From positions 54,597 to 118,596 of the forward strand of contig JAMPIG010000002.1 of assembly GCA_023662875.1 (NCBI GenBank): a DNA stretch of 64,000 bases, in the 5' to 3' direction. Source of the DNA: Roseburia sp. (GTDB lineage Bacteria; Bacillota; Clostridia; Lachnospirales; Lachnospiraceae). The notes under the pieces are model-generated. The model worked only from the letters and a program-made list of their open reading frames with translations, made no database searches and was not told the DNA's origin. Below, in pieces: positions 8,344 through 17,233 of this stretch. The number at the start of each line of letters is the position of its first letter. The first letter of the stretch is position 1. Position numbers and translations under genes: made by a program.

Positions 8344-10773
8344 ATGGAAAGATGGGCCAGAGCAAAGTATCAGCCGGTTCTTCCTCTGGGGGAAGGCGGA
8401 AAGAGAATTACGGGAAGCAGGGAGCATATCACGCTTTCGAAGGATGCGGCGAAGGAGGGCATGGTACTGCTGAAAAATGAAGGCGGTCTGCTGCCGTTAA
8501 AAAAGGGAAGCAAGGTGGCGTTGTTCGGCAAGGCGACCTTTGACTATGTAAAGGGCGGCGGCGGGAGCGGGGACGTAACCGTTGCCTACACCCGCAATCT
8601 GTACGAGGGCCTGCAGGAAAAGAAGGGTCATGTGGAGGTCTTTGAGGAGCTTGCGGATTACTACCGGGAAAATGTGAAGGAGCAGTACGCCGCGGGACGG
8701 CAGCCCGGCATGACGGTGGAGCCGAAGGTGCCGGAGGAGCTGTTGAAAAAGGCGAGGGCGTTCACGGACACGGCGGTGATCAGTATCTGCAGATTTTCCG
8801 GCGAGGGCTGGGATCGAAAGAGCGTTTACGACAAGAAGAAGCCAAAGGACGATATGGTCATCGCGGGGCTGGAGGAGTCCGAGAGCAAGGAGCCGGAGCT
8901 TTTTGAGGACGGGGATTTTTATCTGACCCATGCGGAAAAGGCCATGGTAGAGGCCGTAAAGAGCCGCTTCCCGAAGGTCGCCGTAGTGATGAACGTGGGC
9001 GGCATGGTAGACACGGACTGGTTCGCCGGGGACGACCGGATTCAGTCGGTGCTTATGGCCTGGCAGGGCGGCATCGAGGGAGGTCTGGCGGCTGCGGAGC
9101 TTCTGATCGGGGAGGGAAATCCCTGCGGAAAGCTGTCGGATACCTTCGCGAAGCGCCTGGAGGATTATCCTTCCACCTATAATTTCCATGAATCGGCGGA
9201 TTATGTGGAATACACGGACGACATCTATGTGGGCTATCGCTATTTTGAGACGATTCCCGGAGCGGCGGAGAAAGTAAATTATCCCTTTGGCTTCGGCCTC
9301 TCTTATACGGAGTTTACCGTCTCCGGCAGGAAGGCGGAGCGGCAGGGGGACGATATTTTAGTCACCGCGGACGTCTGCAATATCGGGACAAGGGCGGGAA
9401 AAGAAGTGGTTCAGGTATACTACAGCGCGCCTCAGGGAAAGCTTGGGAAACCGGCCAGGGCGCTGGCGGCATTCTGTAAGACAAGAGAGCTTGCGCCGGG
9501 AGAGACACAGCGGGTTACGATGCGTTTTGCGGTAAGCGACATGGCGTCCTACGACGATCTGGGCAAGGCTGCAAAATCGGCTTACGTACTGGAAAAGGGC
9601 GAGTACCGCTTCTTTGTGGGAACCTCTGTCCGTGACGCCGTGGAGGCGGATTATGTCCTGACGCTGGCGGAGGACGAGGTGGCAAGGCAGCTTTCGCCGA
9701 AGATGGTTCCCGTGCAGCTTGGCAAAAGGATGCTGGCGGACGGCAGCTTTGAGGAGCTTCCCCAGGGAGAGCCGATCGATACGAACGCCAGTGTGTTCCC
9801 CGCGAAGCTGACCCAGGAGGAAGCGGGCGGGGTAACTCCGGAGGTAAGATATCGGTCAAACCGCCATCTCTGGGGACACAGGGATAACAGGCCGAGGCTG
9901 ATCGACGTGGCGGAGGGAAGGCTTACGCTGGAGGAGTTTACGGCGCAGCTGCCGGAGGAGGAGCTGGCGGTGCTGCTGGGCGGGCAGCCGAATACGGGCG
10001 TGGCGAATACCTTCGGGTACGGGAACCTGCCGGACTACGGCGTGCCGAATATTATGACGGCGGACGGGCCTGCGGGGGTAAGAATCGCACCCCAGTGCGG
10101 CGTGTGTACTACGGCCTGGCCCTGCTCCACTATGCTGGCCTGCACCTGGAATCCGGAGCTGGTAGAGCGCGTGGGAGCCGCCGGAGGACTGGAGGCGAAG
10201 GAGAACAATATCGGCGCGTGGCTGACCCCCGCCGTCAACATCCACAGGAGTCCTCTCTGCGGCAGAAACTTTGAATATTATTCCGAGGATCCGGTTCTGG
10301 CCGGAAGGATGGCGGGAGCGATGGTGAAGGGAATCCAGAGCAGCGGGATCGCGGCGACGGTAAAGCACTTCGCTCTGAACAACAAGGAGACGAACCGGGT
10401 GGAGAGCGACTCCCGGGCTTCCGAGCGCGCGATTCGGGAGATTTACCTGAAGGTCTTCGAGATTATTGTAAAGGAGGCGAAGCCCTGGAGTATTATGACC
10501 TCCTACAACATCATCAACGGCTGCAGGGCCTCCGAGAACAGAGAGATGCTGGAGGATATTCTGCGGGGCGAATGGGGCTTTGAGGGAATGGTGACCACGG
10601 ACTGGTGGGCGCACAGCGAGCAGTACAAGGAGGTAAAGGCCGGAAACGACGTCAAGATGGGAACCGGCTTCCCGAGGAGGCTTTTGGAGGCGAAGGAGAA
10701 GGGCGCGCTGACCCGGGAGGAGATGGAGATTTGCGCCCGGAGGATTCTGGGATTGATTTTGAAAATTGACTAA
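8344..10773 (+). CDS. GH3 beta-glucosidase with permuted domain order (sandwich + FnIII first, TIM barrel C-terminal)
   Basis: EGMVLLKNEG, GGGSG, YVGYRYF and PFGFGLSYT are N-terminal; DGPAG, GRNFEYYSEDP, KHFALN and nucleophile VTTDW are C-terminal. Confidence 0.92.
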   Translation: MERWARAKYQPVLPLGEGGKRITGSREHITLSKDAAKEGMVLLKNEGGLLPLKKGSKVALFGKATFDYVKGGGGSGDVTVAYTRNLYEGLQEKKGHVEVFEELADYYRENVKEQYAAGRQPGMTVEPKVPEELLKKARAFTDTAVISICRFSGEGWDRKSVYDKKKPKDDMVIAGLEESESKEPELFEDGDFYLTHAEKAMVEAVKSRFPKVAVVMNVGGMVDTDWFAGDDRIQSVLMAWQGGIEGGLAAAELLIGEGNPCGKLSDTFAKRLEDYPSTYNFHESADYVEYTDDIYVGYRYFETIPGAAEKVNYPFGFGLSYTEFTVSGRKAERQGDDILVTADVCNIGTRAGKEVVQVYYSAPQGKLGKPARALAAFCKTRELAPGETQRVTMRFAVSDMASYDDLGKAAKSAYVLEKGEYRFFVGTSVRDAVEADYVLTLAEDEVARQLSPKMVPVQLGKRMLADGSFEELPQGEPIDTNASVFPAKLTQEEAGGVTPEVRYRSNRHLWGHRDNRPRLIDVAEGRLTLEEFTAQLPEEELAVLLGGQPNTGVANTFGYGNLPDYGVPNIMTADGPAGVRIAPQCGVCTTAWPCSTMLACTWNPELVERVGAAGGLEAKENNIGAWLTPAVNIHRSPLCGRNFEYYSEDPVLAGRMAGAMVKGIQSSGIAATVKHFALNNKETNRVESDSRASERAIREIYLKVFEIIVKEAKPWSIMTSYNIINGCRASENREMLEDILRGEWGFEGMVTTDWWAHSEQYKEVKAGNDVKMGTGFPRRLLEAKEKGALTREEMEICARRILGLILKID

Positions 10774-10972
10774 ATCGGAAGAAGGATTCGAGCGCCTGAT
10801 GCGGTAAGGCGGCATCCGGGCAGGCGGACGGGATCGGCGGAGGAAAGGCCTGAACAGAGTACGGATAGAAGATTGGCTGACGGAATTGGCGCGCAGAAAG
10901 CCGGTCAAAGCCTGGAAAGAAAGACGGCTGACGGAATTGGCGCGGAGAAGCGGAAAACAGGAGGACAGGATA

Positions 10973-11281
10973 ATGGATCTGATTTTAATTATGTTCGTGG
11001 GCGGCGTGTGCGCCTATGTGGCGGGAAAGATTCTCAGCTCCGAGGAGCGCAACAAGGTCTTTAACAAAAGACCCATCGAGGTGGTGGATGTCAAGAAATA
11101 TAACCGTTTTTGCGGGCTTCTGGTGATCGGCTTCGGCGTGGTGGTGGAGGTGACGATTATCGTCAGTCTGATTGTCGGGGGGATTGTCAGCCTCCTCGGT
11201 ACGGTTCTGATTATCCTGGAGGCATTTGCGGTCATGAAGATCTACAATAAAAACGAGATCAAGATGTTGAAGAAACGCTAA
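10973..11281 (+). CDS. Small membrane protein (3 TM)
   Basis: 102 aa hydrophobic ORF with AGGA RBS before ATG 10973. Confidence 0.7.
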   Translation: MDLILIMFVGGVCAYVAGKILSSEERNKVFNKRPIEVVDVKKYNRFCGLLVIGFGVVVEVTIIVSLIVGGIVSLLGTVLIILEAFAVMKIYNKNEIKMLKKR

Positions 11282-11403
11282 ATGGGCAGGAAGCGCGTAA
11301 GGGGTGTAAGTTTGGTAAACTTCCAATGCCAGACCTGTCGGTCTGGCATCCAAAGGCAAATATTGATTGGCAGGCGCGCCGGAGCGCGCAAAGGGGTACA
11401 AGT

Positions 11404-12360
11404 ATGAGAGGGATTTATTTCGATGGAGAAAGGGCGGTTTACCGGGAGGATCTGCCGAAGCCGGTTCCCGGGGAAGGGGAGAGCCTTGTGCGGCTGCTGA
11501 TGGCGGCGGTCTGCAATACGGACAAGGAGATCCTGCGGGGCTACCGGCCGGATTTCAAGGGCGTGATGGGACATGAGTTTGTAGGCGTGGTAGAGGAGTC
11601 ACCGGATGCGTCCCTGCTGGGACGGAGGGTGGTAGGTGAGCTGAACGCCGCCTGCGGAAAATGTATTTACTGCCGCACCGGGAGACCGACCCATTGCTCA
11701 AACCGGCGGGTTTTAGGGATGAAGGAGAAGGACGGGTGCTTTGGCGAGTATATGACGATCCGCACAGAGCTGCTGCATCCCGTGCCGGAGGGCTTGGCAA
11801 CAGAAAAGGCGATTTACACAGAACCCCTGGCAGCAGCTTTCGAAATCATGACACAAGTGTCGCTTGGCAAGGACAGGAATATCGCCGTCCTGGGGGACGG
11901 AAGGCTCGCCTATTGCGTCGTGCAGGCCATGCGGGCGGAAGGGCATGAGGTCACGGTGGTCGGGAAGCATCCGGAGAAGCTGGCGCTGTTTGCACCCTTT
12001 GCCGAGACGACCCTGGAGAGGAAGAAGGAGGGGTATGAGATTGTCGTGGAAGCGACAGGTTCTCCCTCCGGAATCCTGCAGGCGATGGAGATGGTGCGGA
12101 AGAAGGGTACGATTGTACTGAAGAGCACTTATGCGGGGGAAGTTTCCCTGCCCTTAAGCCTGATCGCGGTAAACGAGATCAGTATCGTGGGCAGCAGGTG
12201 CGGCCCCTTTGTCCCGGCGCTGGAGGCACTGGCTTCCGGCCGTGCGCAGTTCCCGGAGATTACTCTCTTTTCCTTGGAGGAGTACGAGAAGGCGTTCGCG
12301 TTTTCCGGTTTTAAGGCGGGATTTCGATTCAATTCCTTTTTGAAATTGTGCGTCCGTTAG
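11404..12360 (+). CDS. Zinc-dependent alcohol dehydrogenase (MDR family)
   Basis: CNTD, GHE, CxxCxxCx7C structural Zn site, LGDG nucleotide-binding loop, VGSRCG. Confidence 0.9.
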   Translation: MRGIYFDGERAVYREDLPKPVPGEGESLVRLLMAAVCNTDKEILRGYRPDFKGVMGHEFVGVVEESPDASLLGRRVVGELNAACGKCIYCRTGRPTHCSNRRVLGMKEKDGCFGEYMTIRTELLHPVPEGLATEKAIYTEPLAAAFEIMTQVSLGKDRNIAVLGDGRLAYCVVQAMRAEGHEVTVVGKHPEKLALFAPFAETTLERKKEGYEIVVEATGSPSGILQAMEMVRKKGTIVLKSTYAGEVSLPLSLIAVNEISIVGSRCGPFVPALEALASGRAQFPEITLFSLEEYEKAFAFSGFKAGFRFNSFLKLCVR

Positions 12361-12410
12361 AAAATAGATTATACTGGCGCGGCAAATCGAGATCGATGGA
12401 GGAAAGGGAA

Positions 12411-12746
12411 ATGGCAATAGATAATACAAATGTAATTGACGGTATGGGAGTAGATAAAAATAGAAAAGCGCTATGCCTGCTATTAACTGACCACTTTGCA
12501 TGGAATGGGAATAATTCACTAAGCGAATATGACCATTTAATTCTTTTGCAAGAGAAAATTAACGCATACATTCGTTATTTGGAAGCAAAACAATACGAGG
12601 AACAGTATCCAAAAGAAAAAATTGTGATGGCAATTATAGAAATACATTTTAAGTATAATATAACAGAGAACTGTGAGAAATTCTTGAATACAGTTCAAAA
12701 CCAAATTGGACAATATGGAATAAAAATAGAAGCACATATTAGTTGA
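12411..12746 (+). CDS. AT-rich small protein, DUF6572-like (possible orphan immunity protein)
   Basis: VIDGMG...LLLTDHFAW...HLILLQEKINAYIRYLE pattern recalled for DUF6572; sharply AT-richer than its flanks. Confidence 0.65.
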   Translation: MAIDNTNVIDGMGVDKNRKALCLLLTDHFAWNGNNSLSEYDHLILLQEKINAYIRYLEAKQYEEQYPKEKIVMAIIEIHFKYNITENCEKFLNTVQNQIGQYGIKIEAHIS

Positions 12747-12860
12747 TAAATTATCTGTTCGCAAAATTGTACAGAGCGTTGAGAATTGTAAGAAGACTTG
12801 CAGAATTTAGAGGAAATGGCAGTGAAGTATTTTTCAAAATAAGAAAGGATAGGTACAGGT

Positions 12861-14012
12861 ATGGAAAAGAGAAAGATGGAAAAACTGGGAATCGAGACGT
12901 CCCTTCTGGGGTTTGGCTGTATGCGGTTTCCGGTGACGAAGGACGGCGGGATCGACGAGCCGGAGGCGGAGAAAATGCTGGATAAGGCTATTGCCGCCGG
13001 TGTCAACTATATTGACACGGCTTATCCGTATCACGGCGGAAAGAGCGAGCCTTTTGTAGGGAAGGTGCTGAAGAAGTACCCGAGAGACAGCTTTTATCTT
13101 GCCACAAAGCTTCCCTGCTGGTCGGTTCAGGAGAAGGAGGACGCGGACAGACTCTTCCAGGAGCAGCTTGACAGGCTGCAGACGGATTACATAGATTTCT
13201 ACCTGCTGCACGCCCTGAACCGGGGAAGCTTCCGGAAGATGGCGGAGCTGGGAGTTGTCGCGCGGCTGGAAGAGCTCAAGGCGGAAGGAAAGATTAAAAA
13301 TCTGGGCTTTTCTTTCCACGACAACTATGAGGCTTTTGAGGAGATTTTGAATTACAGGGATTGGGATTTCTGCCAGATTCAGCTGAATTATATGGACGCC
13401 GCTGAGAAGGAGGAGTTTCAGCAGGCAGGGATGAAGGGATATTTTCTGGCGGAAAAGAAGCAGGTGCCGTTGATTATAATGGAGCCTGTAAAAGGAGGTT
13501 CGCTGGCATCGTTTCCGGAGGATATTACAAATATGTTTCGCAGTCTGGATCCGTCAGCTTCCATGGCAAGCTTTGCACTGCGCTGGGTGGGAAGTCTGCC
13601 AAATGTGAAGGTAGTGCTCAGCGGTATGTCTACCATGGAGCAGGTGGAGGACAATCTGAAAACCTTCGGACAGTTTGTTCCCCTTTCCGATGAAGAGAAG
13701 GCAACCATAGACAGGGTGGTGGCGCTGATCAACAGCAGGATACAGAACGGCTGCACCGGCTGCAGCTACTGTATGCCCTGCCCGGCAGGGGTCAATATTC
13801 CCCAGAACTTCCGCATCTGGAACGTGTATCATATGTACCGGAATTACAATATGGTCAGGGACAGATGGGAAAACGGCGTGGGCGAGGAGCATAAGGCAAA
13901 GAATTGCATCAAGTGCGGCAAGTGCGAGCAGGCCTGCCCTCAGAAGCTCTCGATCAGACAGGATCTGGAGAAGGTTCAGGCGGATCTGGATCGGAAGGAA
14001 TTTGTGCTGTAA
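12861..14012 (+). CDS. Aldo/keto reductase with C-terminal 4Fe-4S cluster domain
   Basis: LGFGCMR, YIDTAYPY, LATK, DFYLLH and GFSFH; CTGCSYCMPCP and CIKCGKCEQACP. Confidence 0.92.
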   Translation: MEKRKMEKLGIETSLLGFGCMRFPVTKDGGIDEPEAEKMLDKAIAAGVNYIDTAYPYHGGKSEPFVGKVLKKYPRDSFYLATKLPCWSVQEKEDADRLFQEQLDRLQTDYIDFYLLHALNRGSFRKMAELGVVARLEELKAEGKIKNLGFSFHDNYEAFEEILNYRDWDFCQIQLNYMDAAEKEEFQQAGMKGYFLAEKKQVPLIIMEPVKGGSLASFPEDITNMFRSLDPSASMASFALRWVGSLPNVKVVLSGMSTMEQVEDNLKTFGQFVPLSDEEKATIDRVVALINSRIQNGCTGCSYCMPCPAGVNIPQNFRIWNVYHMYRNYNMVRDRWENGVGEEHKAKNCIKCGKCEQACPQKLSIRQDLEKVQADLDRKEFVL

Positions 14013-14119
14013 TGCCGGAGCGAAAAACGATTTGTACCGGCCTTTGATGCATGACAATAGAATTTTCGGGAAGAGCGCAGGACAGAGATGACGTGGCAGG
14101 CTCGTTTGGTATAGAAAAG

Positions 14120-15034
14120 ATGGAAAAAGCGTTCAAACTTGATTTTGAAAACGATAAAACAGGAAGCCTTTATGTAAATTGCTGCGGATGCTCCCGGACG
14201 GAGGGGCTCCACAGCTTCGGCCCCGCGTCCAAGCCTCATTACCTGATCCATTATGTCCTGAGCGGCAAGGGGATCTTCCGGTTCCACGATAAGGAATACC
14301 GGCTGGAGGCGGGGTATGGTTTTCTGATACAGCCGGGCGAGCTCGCTTTTTACCAGGCGGACGCTGAGGAACCCTGGAGCTACCTCTGGGTAGGCTTCGG
14401 CGGCTCCCGCGTCCAGGAATATCTGAATTATATGGGATTGTCGGCCAGACATCCCATTTTTTCCTGCGACAGGGACGATGAGCTTTACGCCATCGTGCGG
14501 GATATGATGGAGCACAATACCTACGGCCTGGCGAACGACCTCCGCCGGAACGGTCAGATGGGCGTATTTCTTTCCGTTCTGGCGGAGAGCGCCGGGGTTG
14601 TGGCGAAGGAAGAGGAGGATAAGGGAAATCAGTATGTAAAAAAGGCGGTTTCCTTTATCCAGAGCAACTACTGTAACCCGATTAAGGTAACGGATGTGGC
14701 GGACTACGTCTGTATCAACAGAAGCTATCTGTATACCCTCTTTCAGAGTTACCTGGGGATGTCGCCCCAGCAGTTTCTGACGACCTTCCGGATCACAAAA
14801 GCCCGGGAGCTTCTGGACTCCACGACCTATTCCATCGAGAGTATCGCCCTGTCCTGCGGGTATAGCGACGCGCTCGTCTTTACCAAGGCCTTCCACGCCA
14901 TGAAGGGTATATCGCCCTCTCAGTACCGCAAGCTCAGCCACCGGGAAAGCACGAAGGAGCAGCTTCAGGAGGTGGAGCATCTGATCGAGAAGCTGATTTC
15001 CGGGGGAGAGGAAAGCGAAAATATCTTATCCTGA
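14120..15034 (+). CDS. AraC family transcriptional regulator (cupin + double HTH)
   Basis: HSFGP...HYLIHYVLSGKG cupin; VADYVCINRSYL...CGYSDALVFTKAF...SPSQYR. Confidence 0.9.
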   Translation: MEKAFKLDFENDKTGSLYVNCCGCSRTEGLHSFGPASKPHYLIHYVLSGKGIFRFHDKEYRLEAGYGFLIQPGELAFYQADAEEPWSYLWVGFGGSRVQEYLNYMGLSARHPIFSCDRDDELYAIVRDMMEHNTYGLANDLRRNGQMGVFLSVLAESAGVVAKEEEDKGNQYVKKAVSFIQSNYCNPIKVTDVADYVCINRSYLYTLFQSYLGMSPQQFLTTFRITKARELLDSTTYSIESIALSCGYSDALVFTKAFHAMKGISPSQYRKLSHRESTKEQLQEVEHLIEKLISGGEESENILS

Positions 15035-15073
15035 CCGGAAAGCGCCGCAGGGTCACAATCCCTTTGGGGCGAT

Positions 15074-16054
15074 TCAAGCTTGATGCCCGTGCATCACAGA
15101 TGCACTTTGCTTTGCGGCGGTGTCTTTTTCGTGTTCCCCTATACTCATAATATTCCGGGGATGTCTGTTTAAAAGAATATCCTTCTGCTTTGTATTCGAT
15201 ACATGGGTATAGATTTCTGTTGTGCTGATGGAGCTGTGGCCCAGCATCCGCTGTATGTATCGGATATCTACATCCTGCTCCAGCAGAAGGGTGGCGAAGG
15301 AATGCCGGAACATATGGGGAGTGATATGCTGGCTGATTCCGGCGAGATCCGCGTAGCGGTTGATCATAAAGCGCACAGACTGGTCGGAGAGCTTATGATG
15401 CTGCCGGTTTACAAAAAAATAGCCGCAGGCGGCGATATCTTTCTGAAAGGCTTCCTGATAGAGCGTCAGGGCGGAAACCACATCGGAATTGCCGACCTGA
15501 AGGATTCTTTCCCGGGCACCCTTGCCGTAAATCAGGACGGTATTGCTTTGGAGGTCGATATCTGTCGGCTGCAGGGAGCAGAGCTCCGAGATGCGGACGC
15601 CGGTGGCAAACAGCAGCTCGATCACGGCAATGTCGCGGATGCAGCAGTTTTTCTGATATTCAGAGACTGCTTTTTCTTTTTGACTGTAAAGCGTGGTCAG
15701 GAAGGTCTGAATTGTATGGAAGGGGATGGTCTTCGGCAGAAGCCGGGGTTCCCGGAAGCGGATGTCCAGGCCGATAAAGGGATCCGCGGAAAGCATTTCC
15801 TTGTACTGCAAATAGTGGAAAAAGGCTTTCAGGCTGGCGATCTTGCGCTTTATTGTCTTGGGCTTGTATTGTCTGTGCAGCTGCGTGATAAATTGATCCA
15901 CCGTATCCCGGGCGGAATAGTCGGAGGCTTCCGAACAGAAAAGCTCGTATTGCGCCAGGTCCGCCCGGTAGGACTTCAGGGTTTTGGAATCCAGATGCCT
16001 GCGGTATCTGCAATATTCCATATAACGGTCGATGTTGCTGTGTAAAGTGTCCAT
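15074..16054 (-). CDS. Tyrosine recombinase/integrase (XerC/D-like with N-terminal SAM-like domain)
   Basis: RDIAVIELLFATGVRISEL, GKG and HMFRHSFAT...LGHSSISTTEIY give the full R-K-H-R-H-Y catalytic set. Confidence 0.93.
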   Translation of the reverse strand: MDTLHSNIDRYMEYCRYRRHLDSKTLKSYRADLAQYELFCSEASDYSARDTVDQFITQLHRQYKPKTIKRKIASLKAFFHYLQYKEMLSADPFIGLDIRFREPRLLPKTIPFHTIQTFLTTLYSQKEKAVSEYQKNCCIRDIAVIELLFATGVRISELCSLQPTDIDLQSNTVLIYGKGARERILQVGNSDVVSALTLYQEAFQKDIAACGYFFVNRQHHKLSDQSVRFMINRYADLAGISQHITPHMFRHSFATLLLEQDVDIRYIQRMLGHSSISTTEIYTHVSNTKQKDILLNRHPRNIMSIGEHEKDTAAKQSASVMHGHQA

Positions 16055-16080
16055 AGTCAGGTATGCTCCTTTTTTTAACC

Positions 16081-16109
16081 ATTATGTCCGGCATTTCAGA
16101 GAATGTCTA
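16081..16109 (-). promoter_or_regulatory. Promoter of the recombinase gene
   Basis: TAGACA-N17-CATAAT on the minus strand, embedded in an imperfect inverted repeat at 16080-16123. Confidence 0.5.
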
Positions 16110-16152
16110 TCGGATTTATAATGCGATAAAAAAGTGCTGCCTGACGCGAATC

Positions 16153-17217
16153 CTATTGCTGGAACAGGAGATCATAGTCGTAATTCATGTAATGATCCCA
16201 TACTTCTTCACAGTACGCCTCGTAATTTTCACTGGTCAGTTCGTCTTTTCCCTCATGGAGCCACTGAAGTATTTGGGAATGAAGCGCTCCGCTGTGATGG
16301 GCTACGTCTTTGTAGTTGTCAAGATTTTCGATGGTATCATATTCCGTATAGAAGGAAAACACATGAATATTTTCCTGTGTTAAAAGCAGCTCGATAACAT
16401 ATTTTTCCGCGGCGAGCTGCCGCTCTAATTCTCCCAGCAGGCACCAATAATCCATATAATAAATGCTGTAGGGAGAAATATAAATGTAAAATTGTATTTC
16501 CGGGTTCTCTCTTGCCAGACTGAGGACATTCTGCTCTATATTGTCGTGGATCTTCAGGTAGTCGTCCTCCGTGATGGGAAGCATCTCCTCGGCCTTTACA
16601 ACGGTATCCCTTGCGTAGCGGGCGTCTACGGCCTCTTTTCCAAAGCTGAAGTCATTGCTCCAGTTACAGTATGCGTCAAAGGACGTTGACGGCCTGTCCG
16701 TGAAGGAAGTGAGCAGATTTTGCAGCGCTACCAGGCAGATAGATACGTTGAACAGATAATTTACGTCGTTGAACGGATTATCGTCGTACAGATAGGTAGG
16801 ATAATCCGAGTAATCCAGATCGTCCTTGTCGTCAAAAAAGCGGTTGGCGTCCAGGCATCTGACAATCATTTTGATATTTTCGTTATGCTCCGTGGCGACC
16901 CGCAGGTTGTCGTTTACCTCTTTATAGCTTCCTCCCGAATAGGGAACCTTTATGGAGTTGACGCCGAACAGCTCATCCAACTCGGAGGTCTTAAAGCATT
17001 CCGTCATAGAGCTCCCGGTTATGATGGCGTCGTAATCGAACTGTTTTACGATGCCGTCGTTTTGGTAACGCTCGTTGTCCAAAACATAGTACATGCCGGG
17101 CAGGGGCTTATGGAAATGGAAATAGGGGTCAAGCACAATCATAAAGCAGCCGGTCAGGAGAAGGAAAGTAATAAAAATACATAGAAAAGAAACAATCCAT
17201 TTTTTGCTTTTGCTCAT
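16153..17217 (-). CDS. Membrane-anchored SGNH-like protein (AlgJ/PatB/DltD-type acyltransferase partner)
   Basis: N-terminal TM helix; block I GSS (AIITGSSM) and C-terminal DxxH (DVAH); directly downstream of an MBOAT gene. Confidence 0.7.
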   Translation of the reverse strand: MSKSKKWIVSFLCIFITFLLLTGCFMIVLDPYFHFHKPLPGMYYVLDNERYQNDGIVKQFDYDAIITGSSMTECFKTSELDELFGVNSIKVPYSGGSYKEVNDNLRVATEHNENIKMIVRCLDANRFFDDKDDLDYSDYPTYLYDDNPFNDVNYLFNVSICLVALQNLLTSFTDRPSTSFDAYCNWSNDFSFGKEAVDARYARDTVVKAEEMLPITEDDYLKIHDNIEQNVLSLARENPEIQFYIYISPYSIYYMDYWCLLGELERQLAAEKYVIELLLTQENIHVFSFYTEYDTIENLDNYKDVAHHSGALHSQILQWLHEGKDELTSENYEAYCEEVWDHYMNYDYDLLFQQ

Positions 17218-17233
17218 TATTTACGCCTCCGGA

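Noticed and set aside
15203-16045. 280-aa ORF antisense to the recombinase
   Set aside because: It is a shadow ORF fully opposite a gene with intact catalytic motifs
16065-16092. dif-like Xer site next to the recombinase (TTATGT arm)
   Set aside because: The left arm does not match a dif arm; the sequence is adequately explained as the -10 box and RBS of the recombinase gene
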